Assembly (NCBI GenBank): GCA_016219965.1
Contig: JACRJM010000015.1
Coordinates: forward strand, 31,857-95,856
Reading direction: 5' to 3'
DNA length: 64,000 bases
From: Candidatus Schekmanbacteria bacterium
Lineage (GTDB): Bacteria > Schekmanbacteria > GWA2-38-11 > J061
Below, in pieces: positions 55,946-64,000 of this stretch. Position 1 is the stretch's first letter; the number at the start of each line of letters is the position of its first letter. Position numbers and translations under genes: made by a program. Below the pieces are notes generated by a model that saw nothing but the letters and a program-made list of their open reading frames with translations, was not told the origin of the DNA and ran no database searches.

Positions 55946-58687
55946 TTACTCTGCCGGAGGACCGGGAACAGGAGTGGGCAGAATAGGCTCTTCCTTTTTT
56001 TGTACAACAGGTTCAGTTGGAGGAATCTCTGTCTTTTTTTCAGCCTCTGTTTTCTCCGGTCCTTGAGTTACTGCAAGGACTGGTTTATCCGCAGGTTTCA
56101 CTTTCATCTCTTCTGCAGTAACTGACTTGTTAGTAGGCTTTACTTCCATTTCTTCTGCAGCAGGTTTTTTTACTTCTGTTTTATGAGCGGGTGCTTTCTC
56201 TTCAGCTCCGGGTTCCTGTTCCTTCTGAGGTGTCTGTTCGAGAAGTTTTGATTGATCATCAAGCATAGGAATTGGAGCGTCATCCTTCCAGAACTTGTAT
56301 TTGCCGTCTATGATTGTCCTGTAGAATATATCTTTTTTGTTTTCATCATCTTCCCTGAACTTTTTAGCAACCTCTTTTTTATCCTTTGAAAGTTTTGCGA
56401 ACTCGACAGGTGTGTTTATTATTGTAGGTTTCAGAAAAATAAGAAGATTTGTCTTTTCTTTCGTGTTGCTTGTTTGTGAAAAGAACCAGCCTATCCATGG
56501 AAGGTCTCCGAGACATGGGATCTTGGTAATGCTCGGTGAATTGGTTTCCCTGATAAGTCCGCCTATTACGATTGTTTCCATATCTTTAACAACTACGGTT
56601 GTCTTTGCTTCCCTTTTTGATGTTTCCACCCCCTGATCTGATGTTGAACCGGGAATGACATTTTCAACTTTCTGTTCCACTGTCATTTTCACAAAGCCGT
56701 CTTTATTGATGTGCGGAGTAAGCTTCAAGTTTAATGCCACATCCCTGAACTCGAAGGTATTTACCGTGTTTGCAGTGTCCGACACAATTGTTGAACTGCG
56801 TATGAACCTCCGGTTCTCGCCAACAGTTATCTCTGCTTCTTCATTATCTGCAGTTATTATCTGCGGCTGGGCAAGGACATTCACGCCGCTTTGAGTTGCA
56901 AGGGCAGTTCCAAGAGCCGCAATGTTCAATACCTGTGTCCCGTCTGCCAGTGTGATAAGACCCTTGGTTATTGCAACAGAGGCTCCCGAAGGCAATGTCG
57001 GGATTTTACCTGCTGTTGTAGAAAGGAGTCCCTGGAGAGAACTGAAATTGGTCAGACCTATTGCCCTCACCTTGTTCAGAGGATTGCTTGCGTCTTCAAG
57101 GTCTTTAAGCAAATTAAGTTCAACTCCAAGTTGAACCATTTTGTTCTCACTGACTTCAACTATAAGGGATTCAACAAAGACCTGCGCTTTCATTATATCA
57201 AGCTTGGCAATAATGTCTTTAAGGAGCAGGTAGTCTTCGGCAGAAGCTGATATGATAAGGGCATTAGTTGATTTGTCAGCAGATATGATAACATCTCTTC
57301 CGAATAGCGGCGCTGACGGTTGTGCTTCTCCGGGTTTCGCTGCACCTGTGGTTCCTGCTTTTGGGGCTTTGCTTACTATCCCGTTTAAAACTCCGGCAAG
57401 ATCTTCAGCTACTGCATTATTAAGATAATAAACATTCACTTTGCTTGTTCCCTTTTCAACAGGAGAATCAAGCTTTTCAAGCAGCTCTTCTATCCGCTTG
57501 GTGGTCTGTAAGTCAGCTACTATTATAAGTGCATTTAGTCTTTCATCAGGTATTATTTTGGGTCCTTCAGCTTTGCCTCCGCCTGACGTGGTACCTGGTT
57601 TTGCCCCCTTTACGCTTTCTACGCCAAGTTTTAATGCCTGTTCCAATATGTCTTTAAGTTCACTTGAAAGCGATTTTGCAGAGGCATTTTTAAGAGGCAG
57701 TACAGTTATAACAGGTCTTTCCTCAAGCCCTGCCACATCGATTGCGTCTATTATTTTAAGAAGCCGTTTTATATTCTCTGCTGTGTCGCTTATGATAAGA
57801 GTGTTTGTAGGACTATATGATGAGATGGTTCCTGTCTTTGGGCTCACTAATTGCGCTACCGCACCTTTGATCTGTTCCGCACTTGCATATTGAAGGTGTG
57901 TAACATAGGTTATTAGCTGTGCCGAGTCAGGCAGTTCCTTCCCGTCTTTGCCTAGTATTGTATCTATTGCACCCTGCCTTGCATCCAGTGCTTTTACTAT
58001 CCTTATTGATTCTTTGCTTTCAATAACGTTATATCCCCGGTAATCGAGGACTGAAAGAAAAACATTCCAGGCTTCTTCCTTTGAAAGTTTTTTTGGTGCA
58101 ATTATTGTTATCTTGTCGCGAAATGTATCGTCATAGATCATGTTCTTTCCCATGAGGTCTGAGAACATGGTTATCAGATCTTTGACCTCACCTTTGAAAT
58201 CAAGAGTGATGAACTCTCCCTGCTGCGCGATGTTAGTCTTTGGAGGATTGCCTGGCTGAGGTGGTATAGGTGATGCCACCGGAGCAGGTCTTGGCGGCAT
58301 CGGCGGTCGTGTAGGAGCTGCGGGTTTTTGAGCTGCGGCATTATCTGCTTTTACGGCACGTTTTTCTGATGGAGTCATCTTTGTTTCTTGCTGCTCATCG
58401 GCCTCTGTCTCTTCCTCACTGTCAGCTTCTTCTTCGTCATCAGAGCTATCTTCTTCATCTTCAGCATCCATCTCATCATCATCTGCTTCTACTTCTTTTT
58501 TCATGCTGCCGGCTGGTTTTGCAGGTGCTGCCGGTTTTCTGAGAGTAGAAACTATAGGTTTTTTCTTTGGCTGGTCATTGTTATCTTTCCCGTATGTGGA
58601 ACCTTTTGAAAGGAGGAGAAGTAAAATAATACAAAGCAGGGACATTAAAACTCTTTTAATATCATTCACCTTATTTCCCTTTAGCAT
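55946..58687 (-). CDS. gspD: Type II secretion secretin GspD with long low-complexity termini
   Basis: N0-N3 domains, DERLNALI, QVFVESLIVEV, NEEAEITVG, LKLTPHIN, IVIGGLI, KIPCLGDLPWIGWFF, LLIFLKPTII. Confidence 0.95.
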   Translation of the reverse strand: MLKGNKVNDIKRVLMSLLCIILLLLLSKGSTYGKDNNDQPKKKPIVSTLRKPAAPAKPAGSMKKEVEADDDEMDAEDEEDSSDDEEEADSEEETEADEQQETKMTPSEKRAVKADNAAAQKPAAPTRPPMPPRPAPVASPIPPQPGNPPKTNIAQQGEFITLDFKGEVKDLITMFSDLMGKNMIYDDTFRDKITIIAPKKLSKEEAWNVFLSVLDYRGYNVIESKESIRIVKALDARQGAIDTILGKDGKELPDSAQLITYVTHLQYASAEQIKGAVAQLVSPKTGTISSYSPTNTLIISDTAENIKRLLKIIDAIDVAGLEERPVITVLPLKNASAKSLSSELKDILEQALKLGVESVKGAKPGTTSGGGKAEGPKIIPDERLNALIIVADLQTTKRIEELLEKLDSPVEKGTSKVNVYYLNNAVAEDLAGVLNGIVSKAPKAGTTGAAKPGEAQPSAPLFGRDVIISADKSTNALIISASAEDYLLLKDIIAKLDIMKAQVFVESLIVEVSENKMVQLGVELNLLKDLEDASNPLNKVRAIGLTNFSSLQGLLSTTAGKIPTLPSGASVAITKGLITLADGTQVLNIAALGTALATQSGVNVLAQPQIITADNEEAEITVGENRRFIRSSTIVSDTANTVNTFEFRDVALNLKLTPHINKDGFVKMTVEQKVENVIPGSTSDQGVETSKREAKTTVVVKDMETIVIGGLIRETNSPSITKIPCLGDLPWIGWFFSQTSNTKEKTNLLIFLKPTIINTPVEFAKLSKDKKEVAKKFREDDENKKDIFYRTIIDGKYKFWKDDAPIPMLDDQSKLLEQTPQKEQEPGAEEKAPAHKTEVKKPAAEEMEVKPTNKSVTAEEMKVKPADKPVLAVTQGPEKTEAEKKTEIPPTEPVVQKKEEPILPTPVPGPPAE
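56093..56160 (-). repeat. Imperfect 42-bp tandem repeat in the gspD 3' end
   Basis: AGGTTTCACTTTCATCTCTTCTGCAG (56093) and AGGCTTTACTTCCATTTCTTCTGCAG (56135); encodes AEEMEVKP / AEEMKVKP. Confidence 0.7.
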
Positions 58688-58692
58688 ATTTA

Positions 58693-59610
58693 TTAGTCCT
58701 TTAATTCATAATTCAGTGTAATATTTCTTCCGCCGCGCTCTACCTCTACAGTAATAGAGCTCTCTTTTGAGAGACTCTGGTAAGCCTGATAAGCATTTTC
58801 CGGCTTTTCAATTCTCATACCATTGATACTTTTTATAACATCACCATTTATGATTCCTATCTTTGACATTATGCCTCCGGGCTTTATCTGTGATACCCTG
58901 AACCCCTGAGCCTTGTCTCCCGCCATTACAGGCTCAAGGCGCATTTGCTTCATGAAATCTCCCATATTGTCAAGGTGGAGCGATGACCGTTCTATCACAC
59001 GTCCTTTCTCTGCAACCGGAGCCGGAGGATTGACTGGTTTGCCTGCTTTACCCGGAGCGGAAAATTTATTTATAACATTTACCGGTGCGATGTCCAGCAC
59101 AAGCTTTTCAATGTTTCCGTTAAGCTCAAGCACTACGGCACGTTTCAGAATGCTTAAAACCCTTCCTCCGTTGATTGGCGAATCCACATGGTAAGAATTA
59201 ACATCTTCTCCCTTTCTTATGACAGCTATGTTGGATTTTTTATCGTCTTTTTTGTCACCCTGTGTTGTGCCAACGAGCTGGAGTCCTGACTGAGAAAGCG
59301 GTATTGTATCAAGATTGATATTTTTCAAATCTATTTTTTTAAGATTTGCCTGCATGCTGCTTTCAGCCGGCGTATGGAATATGTCGCGATCGACAATAAT
59401 CTTATAGTCATTTATTGTGGAAGGTACCGACTGAATTTGAGTCTCTTCCTTTTTTTTTTTCTCTTCAACTGCGGCGGGCTTTGATATACCCGGAATTATA
59501 ACAATCTTAAGAAGAGCTGATGTTATGTCTGCAAGTTGGTAGCAGAAAATAGTTATCAGAATAAGGTAAACTGCCCCAAAATTTTTGCCAATCTGTCTTA
59601 TGTATTCCAT
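58693..59610 (-). CDS. gspC: Type II secretion protein GspC with PDZ domain
   Basis: N-terminal TM, LQLVGT HR domain, C-terminal PDZ (GFRVSQIKPG...IGI.NGDVIKSING, VERGG); directly upstream of gspD. Confidence 0.92.
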   Translation of the reverse strand: MEYIRQIGKNFGAVYLILITIFCYQLADITSALLKIVIIPGISKPAAVEEKKKKEETQIQSVPSTINDYKIIVDRDIFHTPAESSMQANLKKIDLKNINLDTIPLSQSGLQLVGTTQGDKKDDKKSNIAVIRKGEDVNSYHVDSPINGGRVLSILKRAVVLELNGNIEKLVLDIAPVNVINKFSAPGKAGKPVNPPAPVAEKGRVIERSSLHLDNMGDFMKQMRLEPVMAGDKAQGFRVSQIKPGGIMSKIGIINGDVIKSINGMRIEKPENAYQAYQSLSKESSITVEVERGGRNITLNYELKD

Positions 59611-59640
59611 ATTGTAATAAGCGCTAAGAATTAAAATTTG

Positions 59641-59670
59641 ATACTAATGGCTTAGGGTTTAGATTGTCAA
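59641..59670 (-). promoter_or_regulatory. Probable sigma70 promoter for gspC-gspD-ffh
   Basis: Minus strand TTGACA-N18-TAGTAT, 30 bp upstream of the gspC ATG. Confidence 0.5.
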
Positions 59671-59741
59671 GGGAAAAAACTTAATAGAAGCAATAAAACG
59701 CCTTGATATTATTGAATAAAATATATCAACAGACTAAGCTT

Positions 59742-60977
59742 TCATTCAATGTTGTTCTGTGAGCCGGGGACAAAGGGAGTTGAGATATATTGTTTAGCAT
59801 AGTTTTTAACATATACATTTTCTTCACCTATTTCGTTCAAATCTATTACCTTCCGGTAATATTCTTTTGCAAGCTCTCTGTTTTTAAGAGCATCATTTAT
59901 CATGCCGAGCTTCATGTTTGACCACTGGATTACCCAGTCGTTGCTATTGCCTTTTGCGGCAGTGATGGCATTTAAATAAAATGGCATTGCATCTGCATAT
60001 TTATTCTGTTCAAATAATATCTCACCCTGCAGGTATTTTGTCCTCGGCCCCCATTGGTCTATAATGCCCTGGCTTCTCTTGCTGATTTTGTCTTCTATGT
60101 CTGCTGCGATAACAAGCGCCTTCTTTTCATCTCTCATTTTGGAATAGGCAATTGCCAGAGTATACAGGAACCTTGGATTGTCCGGATATTTTTGAACCAG
60201 TACATTCAGATGTTCTATGGCTTTTTCAGGTTTTTTCTCAAAATACGTATATATGCTTGCAAGGACTATCCTCGCTTCAGGAGCAGCGTACGTTCCTTTA
60301 GCAGCGCATTGTTCAATTTGTTGGATGCCTAGATCGCTGTCACCTTTCAAAAATAAGAGGAATGACAAGACCTTGATTACCGAAGGTACGCGGGCAAGAA
60401 AATAATTATACATCCCGAGTCCCAGCATAATGTCATAATTTGCCGGAGCAAGATTTTCTGCATCAAGAAGCAGATTGTTCCCTTTTTTCCCATAATAATA
60501 AGTCTGGAGCCAGCTCCGTTCTATGAGAGCAATTCTCCCCTTGAAACCGTATGCCCCGCCCAGGTAGAAGACAGCATCACCATTTTCAGGTTCTGCATTA
60601 TGTTTTTTTTCAGCAACTTCTATAGTTTTATCCAGCCACAGATCGAGATCCTTAATGGCATTCCTGTCATAGTTGAAGAATAGTTTTCCCCAATAGATCA
60701 TTGCGGTGTAAAAATACGGAGCCGGATCATCCGGTCTTTTTTCACGGAGATTGCCAAGCACTTGCCCTGCTTTTTCAAATTCGAGGTTGTAAATGTAATC
60801 CACGCCTTTTTTCAGAGGATCTTCAGAACCGTTGTTTCCAACTGCATTTACAGTTTGCGGCAGGAAAAGAAATATGACTGAAAATAGCGCTAAGAAGTAT
60901 CTCTTAAGCAGTAAAGAAGAATTAGTTAAAGGTGATCTGACCTTCAAATATCTGAGCAGGCTTGTAAGTGTTTTCAT
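59742..60977 (-). CDS. Secreted TPR-repeat protein (true start probably downstream of 60977)
   Basis: Signal-like segment RYFLALFSVIFLFLPQTVNA; TPR helices (AVFYLGGAYG, LGLGMYNY, YLQGEILF). Confidence 0.75.
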   Translation of the reverse strand: MKTLTSLLRYLKVRSPLTNSSLLLKRYFLALFSVIFLFLPQTVNAVGNNGSEDPLKKGVDYIYNLEFEKAGQVLGNLREKRPDDPAPYFYTAMIYWGKLFFNYDRNAIKDLDLWLDKTIEVAEKKHNAEPENGDAVFYLGGAYGFKGRIALIERSWLQTYYYGKKGNNLLLDAENLAPANYDIMLGLGMYNYFLARVPSVIKVLSFLLFLKGDSDLGIQQIEQCAAKGTYAAPEARIVLASIYTYFEKKPEKAIEHLNVLVQKYPDNPRFLYTLAIAYSKMRDEKKALVIAADIEDKISKRSQGIIDQWGPRTKYLQGEILFEQNKYADAMPFYLNAITAAKGNSNDWVIQWSNMKLGMINDALKNRELAKEYYRKVIDLNEIGEENVYVKNYAKQYISTPFVPGSQNNIE

Positions 60978-61647
60978 CGACTTCTATTCCAAGGCTTGTT
61001 CCGGACAAACTGATTGTATAAGTATAGGTTCCTGAAAATGTTTTATCTTTAACTCCCCATGAGCTTAAGCTTTTTAATATTTTATCCTTAAACACACTGA
61101 TGTCAAATGTCAGTTCATCCGTCCCGCTTTTCAGCAAAGGCCCTGTAGAGTCATTTGTTATATGCCCGGTGATTTTTCGTATGGTTCCTGTCGGTGAACG
61201 GTAAATATATTTAACGCTCTCTTTGTTGCCAGTGTCAATAGGTACTGCCAGGTTTGGTGTGCCGTCTTTAATCCCTATTTTTACATTATTTATAATTCCC
61301 CGGAACTTCTTGTTAGTTGAAGAAGTAACAAGAAATGAGAAAGTCACAGCAGCTTTCTTGGCAGCGGTCTTAATCGGCTCCATTTTGATATGGATTTTAG
61401 GGAGAGCTTCCGAGCTGAAAGGTGTCAAAGGATCAGGGTTAATATCGCTTACCTTCTTGTTTTTCAGATTTCCTGGGTCTAAAGCCACGCTTTCTAAATC
61501 GGTTGTAGCTGATTCAAAACTTATTTCGTTGTCGGCAAGTGCCATAAAAGGTTTTGCACTATTTTTTGCATATACACCGGCAGTAAAAATTACGGCAAAT
61601 AGAACCACCACTGTAAGCGTGAAGTGTTTTTGTCTCCTGTATGTCAT
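60922..61647 (-). CDS. Secreted hypothetical protein
   Basis: 241 aa, signal peptide ending VYA, beta-rich; no family recognised. Confidence 0.65.
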   Translation of the reverse strand: MTYRRQKHFTLTVVVLFAVIFTAGVYAKNSAKPFMALADNEISFESATTDLESVALDPGNLKNKKVSDINPDPLTPFSSEALPKIHIKMEPIKTAAKKAAVTFSFLVTSSTNKKFRGIINNVKIGIKDGTPNLAVPIDTGNKESVKYIYRSPTGTIRKITGHITNDSTGPLLKSGTDELTFDISVFKDKILKSLSSWGVKDKTFSGTYTYTISLSGTSLGIEVDENTYKPAQIFEGQITFN

Positions 61648-61882
61648 ATAAAAAAAATAGCATCTTCAATAGAATTAAGCAAATACAAAATAGGCAAAAT
61701 GCTTTTTAAGATACAATTGTGTAGATTTTTTTTAGAAGCATATTATTATTAGTTACAAAATATGCTTTGACAGTGTGGAAAAATGTTTGTTGACATCAGA
61801 ATATGGTGGCTGTTATATCTTAAATATGTTTGCGGTGTGTAAGAAATTAATATTTTTTGAACGTACGAAGGAGGTGTTGGAG

Positions 61883-62164
61883 ATGAAGAAATGTTTTTTT
61901 GTTCTAATGATGGTTTCTTTTATATTTGCAGGAATTATAGGTTGTGCAACTTCTGCAGCTCCTCAGATTTGTGAAGTAAGCAAAATATTAAATGAAGCCT
62001 GGGAAAACGGAGCAGATACAAAAGCTTCCATGGAGTATTACAGCGCTCAATCCTACCTTAAATCTGCAAAAGATGAAGAGGAGGAGTATGATTTTGATGC
62101 AGCGAAAGTTTTTGCAGCAAAGGCGCTTGAGCAGGCAAAGAAGGCTTTGGAAAAGTCAAAGTAA
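61883..62164 (+). CDS. Small lipoprotein (DUF4398-like)
   Basis: Strong RBS AAGGAGGTG before ATG 61883; lipobox IIGC; GA...A..EY..A..YL..A motif; upstream of an OmpA gene. Confidence 0.75.
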   Translation: MKKCFFVLMMVSFIFAGIIGCATSAAPQICEVSKILNEAWENGADTKASMEYYSAQSYLKSAKDEEEEYDFDAAKVFAAKALEQAKKALEKSK

Positions 62165-62203
62165 AATATTTAACTAACTGGGAAATTTGAGGAGGAAAAG
62201 ATA

Positions 62204-63154
62204 ATGCGTAAAATAAGAAGAGGGTTGTCTGTTGCTGCGTTAGCAGTGGCAGTAGCCCTGATTTTTTCCGGATGTGCTGCGCAATTGATGGGACAGCTCG
62301 ATGCAGACAAGGCAAAGCTTGCAGAGCTGGCAAAACAAAGAAATGATTATTGTCCTGAAGGTGATAGGCTGTTTGCCGAAGTTCAGGCTCTTATTGAGCA
62401 GGCAGGCCATGAGATAATTGACGAAGGAAACCAGAAAGCTCATGCCGCTGATTTGCTTGCCAAGGCTGAAGCAGGAATGGCGGCTTCCGCAAAGGCTTAT
62501 GCAGAATGCAAACCTCCTAAACGTTATCATGCTCCAAAGGCTGCTTTCTCGATGCCGTCTGAAGCGATAGAAGGTGAAGAGGTTATGATAGACGGAAGTG
62601 CATCATCTGATGAAGACAACGACCCACTTACATTTGCGTGGAATCTTGGCGACGGGAGTTCTGCTTCAGACAAGATGGTAAAACATGCGTTTGCTAAAGG
62701 AACATACAAGGTGACTCTCACTGTTTCCGACATACTCTATTCTTCTGAGCCTGTATCAAAGGAGATAGTTGTAAAAGAAAAGTCTCTGCCTGAAGTTATC
62801 AAACTGAAGGAAATCAACTATGAAAATGTCCACTTTGCATTTGATCGCGCTGATTTAAATCCTGATGCGAAAAAAATTCTCGATGAGAACCTAGTTGCAA
62901 TCAAATCCCATCCCGAATACAGCGTTGTAGTCATTGGGCACACTGATAGCGTTGGTACAGATGAATACAATAATAAGCTTTCAATGAAAAGGGCGGGAAG
63001 CGTTAAGAAGTATTATGAAAAAGGCGGGATTGCTGCAAGTTTAATTGAAGCTATAGGCAAGGGTGAGAAAGAGCCTGCCGCAGACAACTCCACCAAGGAA
63101 GGTCGTGCGAAAAACAGAAGGGTTGAGACAGAGCTTCACCTGATAAAGAAGTAA
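62204..63154 (+). CDS. OmpA-family peptidoglycan-binding lipoprotein with PKD domain
   Basis: Lipobox FSGC; PKD (DGSASSD.DND.L.F.W..GDG, GTYKVTLTVSD); OmpA VHFAFD, GHTDSVG, N.KLS..RA, NRRVE. Confidence 0.92.
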   Translation: MRKIRRGLSVAALAVAVALIFSGCAAQLMGQLDADKAKLAELAKQRNDYCPEGDRLFAEVQALIEQAGHEIIDEGNQKAHAADLLAKAEAGMAASAKAYAECKPPKRYHAPKAAFSMPSEAIEGEEVMIDGSASSDEDNDPLTFAWNLGDGSSASDKMVKHAFAKGTYKVTLTVSDILYSSEPVSKEIVVKEKSLPEVIKLKEINYENVHFAFDRADLNPDAKKILDENLVAIKSHPEYSVVVIGHTDSVGTDEYNNKLSMKRAGSVKKYYEKGGIAASLIEAIGKGEKEPAADNSTKEGRAKNRRVETELHLIKK

Positions 63155-63181
63155 AAAACAAATACAGATAATAAAGCTGAT

Positions 63182-63220
63182 AAACGAGCCTCCTCTGCAA
63201 AGAAGGGGGCTCGTTTTATT
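63182..63220 (+). terminator. Rho-independent terminator
   Basis: AAACGAGCCTCCTCT-GCAA-AGAAGGGGGCTCGTTT stem-loop followed by a T-rich tract after the OmpA gene. Confidence 0.85.
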
Positions 63221-63232
63221 TATCTATTATAT

Positions 63233-63261
63233 TTGACTTTCAATCCTTATTTATTTAATGT
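63233..63261 (+). promoter_or_regulatory. Probable sigma70 promoter of the PPIase gene
   Basis: TTGACT-N17-TAATGT. Confidence 0.45.
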
Positions 63262-63315
63262 TTGCGTACTAACGTTCTAATAGATAGTTACTCAACCCTC
63301 GCGGAGGAGAAAAGA

Positions 63316-64000
63316 ATGAATTTTGATTTTTTCAGAGAAAAAAAATGGTTCCTTGTGCTTATGCTTGTTTTTCTTGCAAGCCCGGGATTAATATCATGTA
63401 ATCTTCTTAAGGATAAGGATGCCGCAATTAAGGTTAATGATCAGAAGATTACACAAAAAGAGTACAAAATGATCTTTGCTAAAGAGCTTGAGGATGCTTC
63501 AAACAGTTTCAAGAGATTCGGCAAAGAGCTTAAACTCGATACCCCTGAGGGAAAGTCTATTATTGAAAAGGTAAAAGAGAGTATCAAGGAAAGGATGATA
63601 GACAGACTGCTGGTGCTTGATGCTGCAATGAAGAAGAACTATCCAATCGATGAAAAAGAACTTGATCAGATGTTCTCCCAATTTAAATCAAAGATGGGGG
63701 ATGAGAACTTCAATAAGTTTTTGGCCCAGCTCGGAGTGGATGAGAGTTATGTAAAAAATGATTTTAAAAAACAGATGGTGGTGCAAAAATACCTGGCTGA
63801 AACATTCAAAGATTTGAACGTAAATCAGACTGAAATTGAAGCTTATTTTAAACAGAATAAGCAAAAATATGATCATCCGGAGATGATAAGGGCAAGCCAT
63901 ATTCTGGTGAAATCAGAACAGGAAGCCAAAGATGTACTCAAGGAGCTCAAGAAAGGTGCTGATTTCTCAAAACTTGCAGTTGATCGCTCCATAGATCCAT
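63316..64000 (+). CDS. PrsA/SurA-like parvulin peptidyl-prolyl isomerase lipoprotein (truncated by window end)
   Basis: Not in ORF track. GGAGGAG RBS; MNFDFFREKKWFLVLMLVFLASPGLISC lipobox; KVNDQKIT; EIEAYF..NK..Y..PE.IRASHILVKSEQEAK......KKGADFSKLA...SIDP. Confidence 0.9.
   Translation, partial: MNFDFFREKKWFLVLMLVFLASPGLISCNLLKDKDAAIKVNDQKITQKEYKMIFAKELEDASNSFKRFGKELKLDTPEGKSIIEKVKESIKERMIDRLLVLDAAMKKNYPIDEKELDQMFSQFKSKMGDENFNKFLAQLGVDESYVKNDFKKQMVVQKYLAETFKDLNVNQTEIEAYFKQNKQKYDHPEMIRASHILVKSEQEAKDVLKELKKGADFSKLAVDRSIDP

Noticed and set aside
56337..57893. Several 70-150 aa plus-strand ORFs
   Set aside because: Antisense shadows of gspD.
61223..61651. 142-aa plus-strand ORF
   Set aside because: Antisense to a signal-peptide-bearing gene; no independent support.
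63499..63900. Two short minus-strand ORFs
   Set aside because: Antisense to the truncated PPIase gene on the plus strand.

Overview
AT-rich bacterial (diderm; gene order resembles Desulfobacterota/Nitrospirota-type lineages) chromosomal segment with two halves. (1) About 1-44 kb is a very AT-rich envelope-glycan super-locus. A leftward operon encodes a mutase-like FAD enzyme, a B12-radical SAM protein, three GT-C-fold membrane proteins and a degenerate sulfatase. It is divergent from a sigma54 promoter (palindromic UAS + A/T tracts + IHF box + -24/-12) in front of a PocR-GAF-degenerate-GGDEF gene, followed by a Wzx/Wzy exopolysaccharide cluster of the PEP-CTERM/exosortase type: short OPX, beta-barrel, co-polymerase, tyrosine kinase, tail-anchored receiver, priming GT, deacetylase, flippase, GTs, polymerase, GHL15-like hydrolase, Thr-type sulfatase, beta-helix protein, acetyltransferase, exosortase, EpsI, PrsK, PrsR, a second B12-radical SAM, and convergent PrsT. 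(2) About 44-64 kb is more core-like: an NtrB/NtrC-type pair, the ffh-rpsP-KH-rimM-trmD-SPOUT-rplS-rnhB cluster interrupted by two secreted-protein genes, gspC-gspD, TPR and secreted proteins, a DUF4398-like/OmpA lipoprotein pair and a truncated PrsA-like PPIase. No rRNA, tRNA, CRISPR array or transposase was seen. Most notable: a PelD-like c-di-GMP receptor candidate heading the locus, a pseudo-sulfatase, a tail-anchored receiver, a duplicated beta-helix domain, and a ~60-bp dispersed repeat that supplies one paralog's stop codon. All family assignments are by eye from motifs, not database searches.
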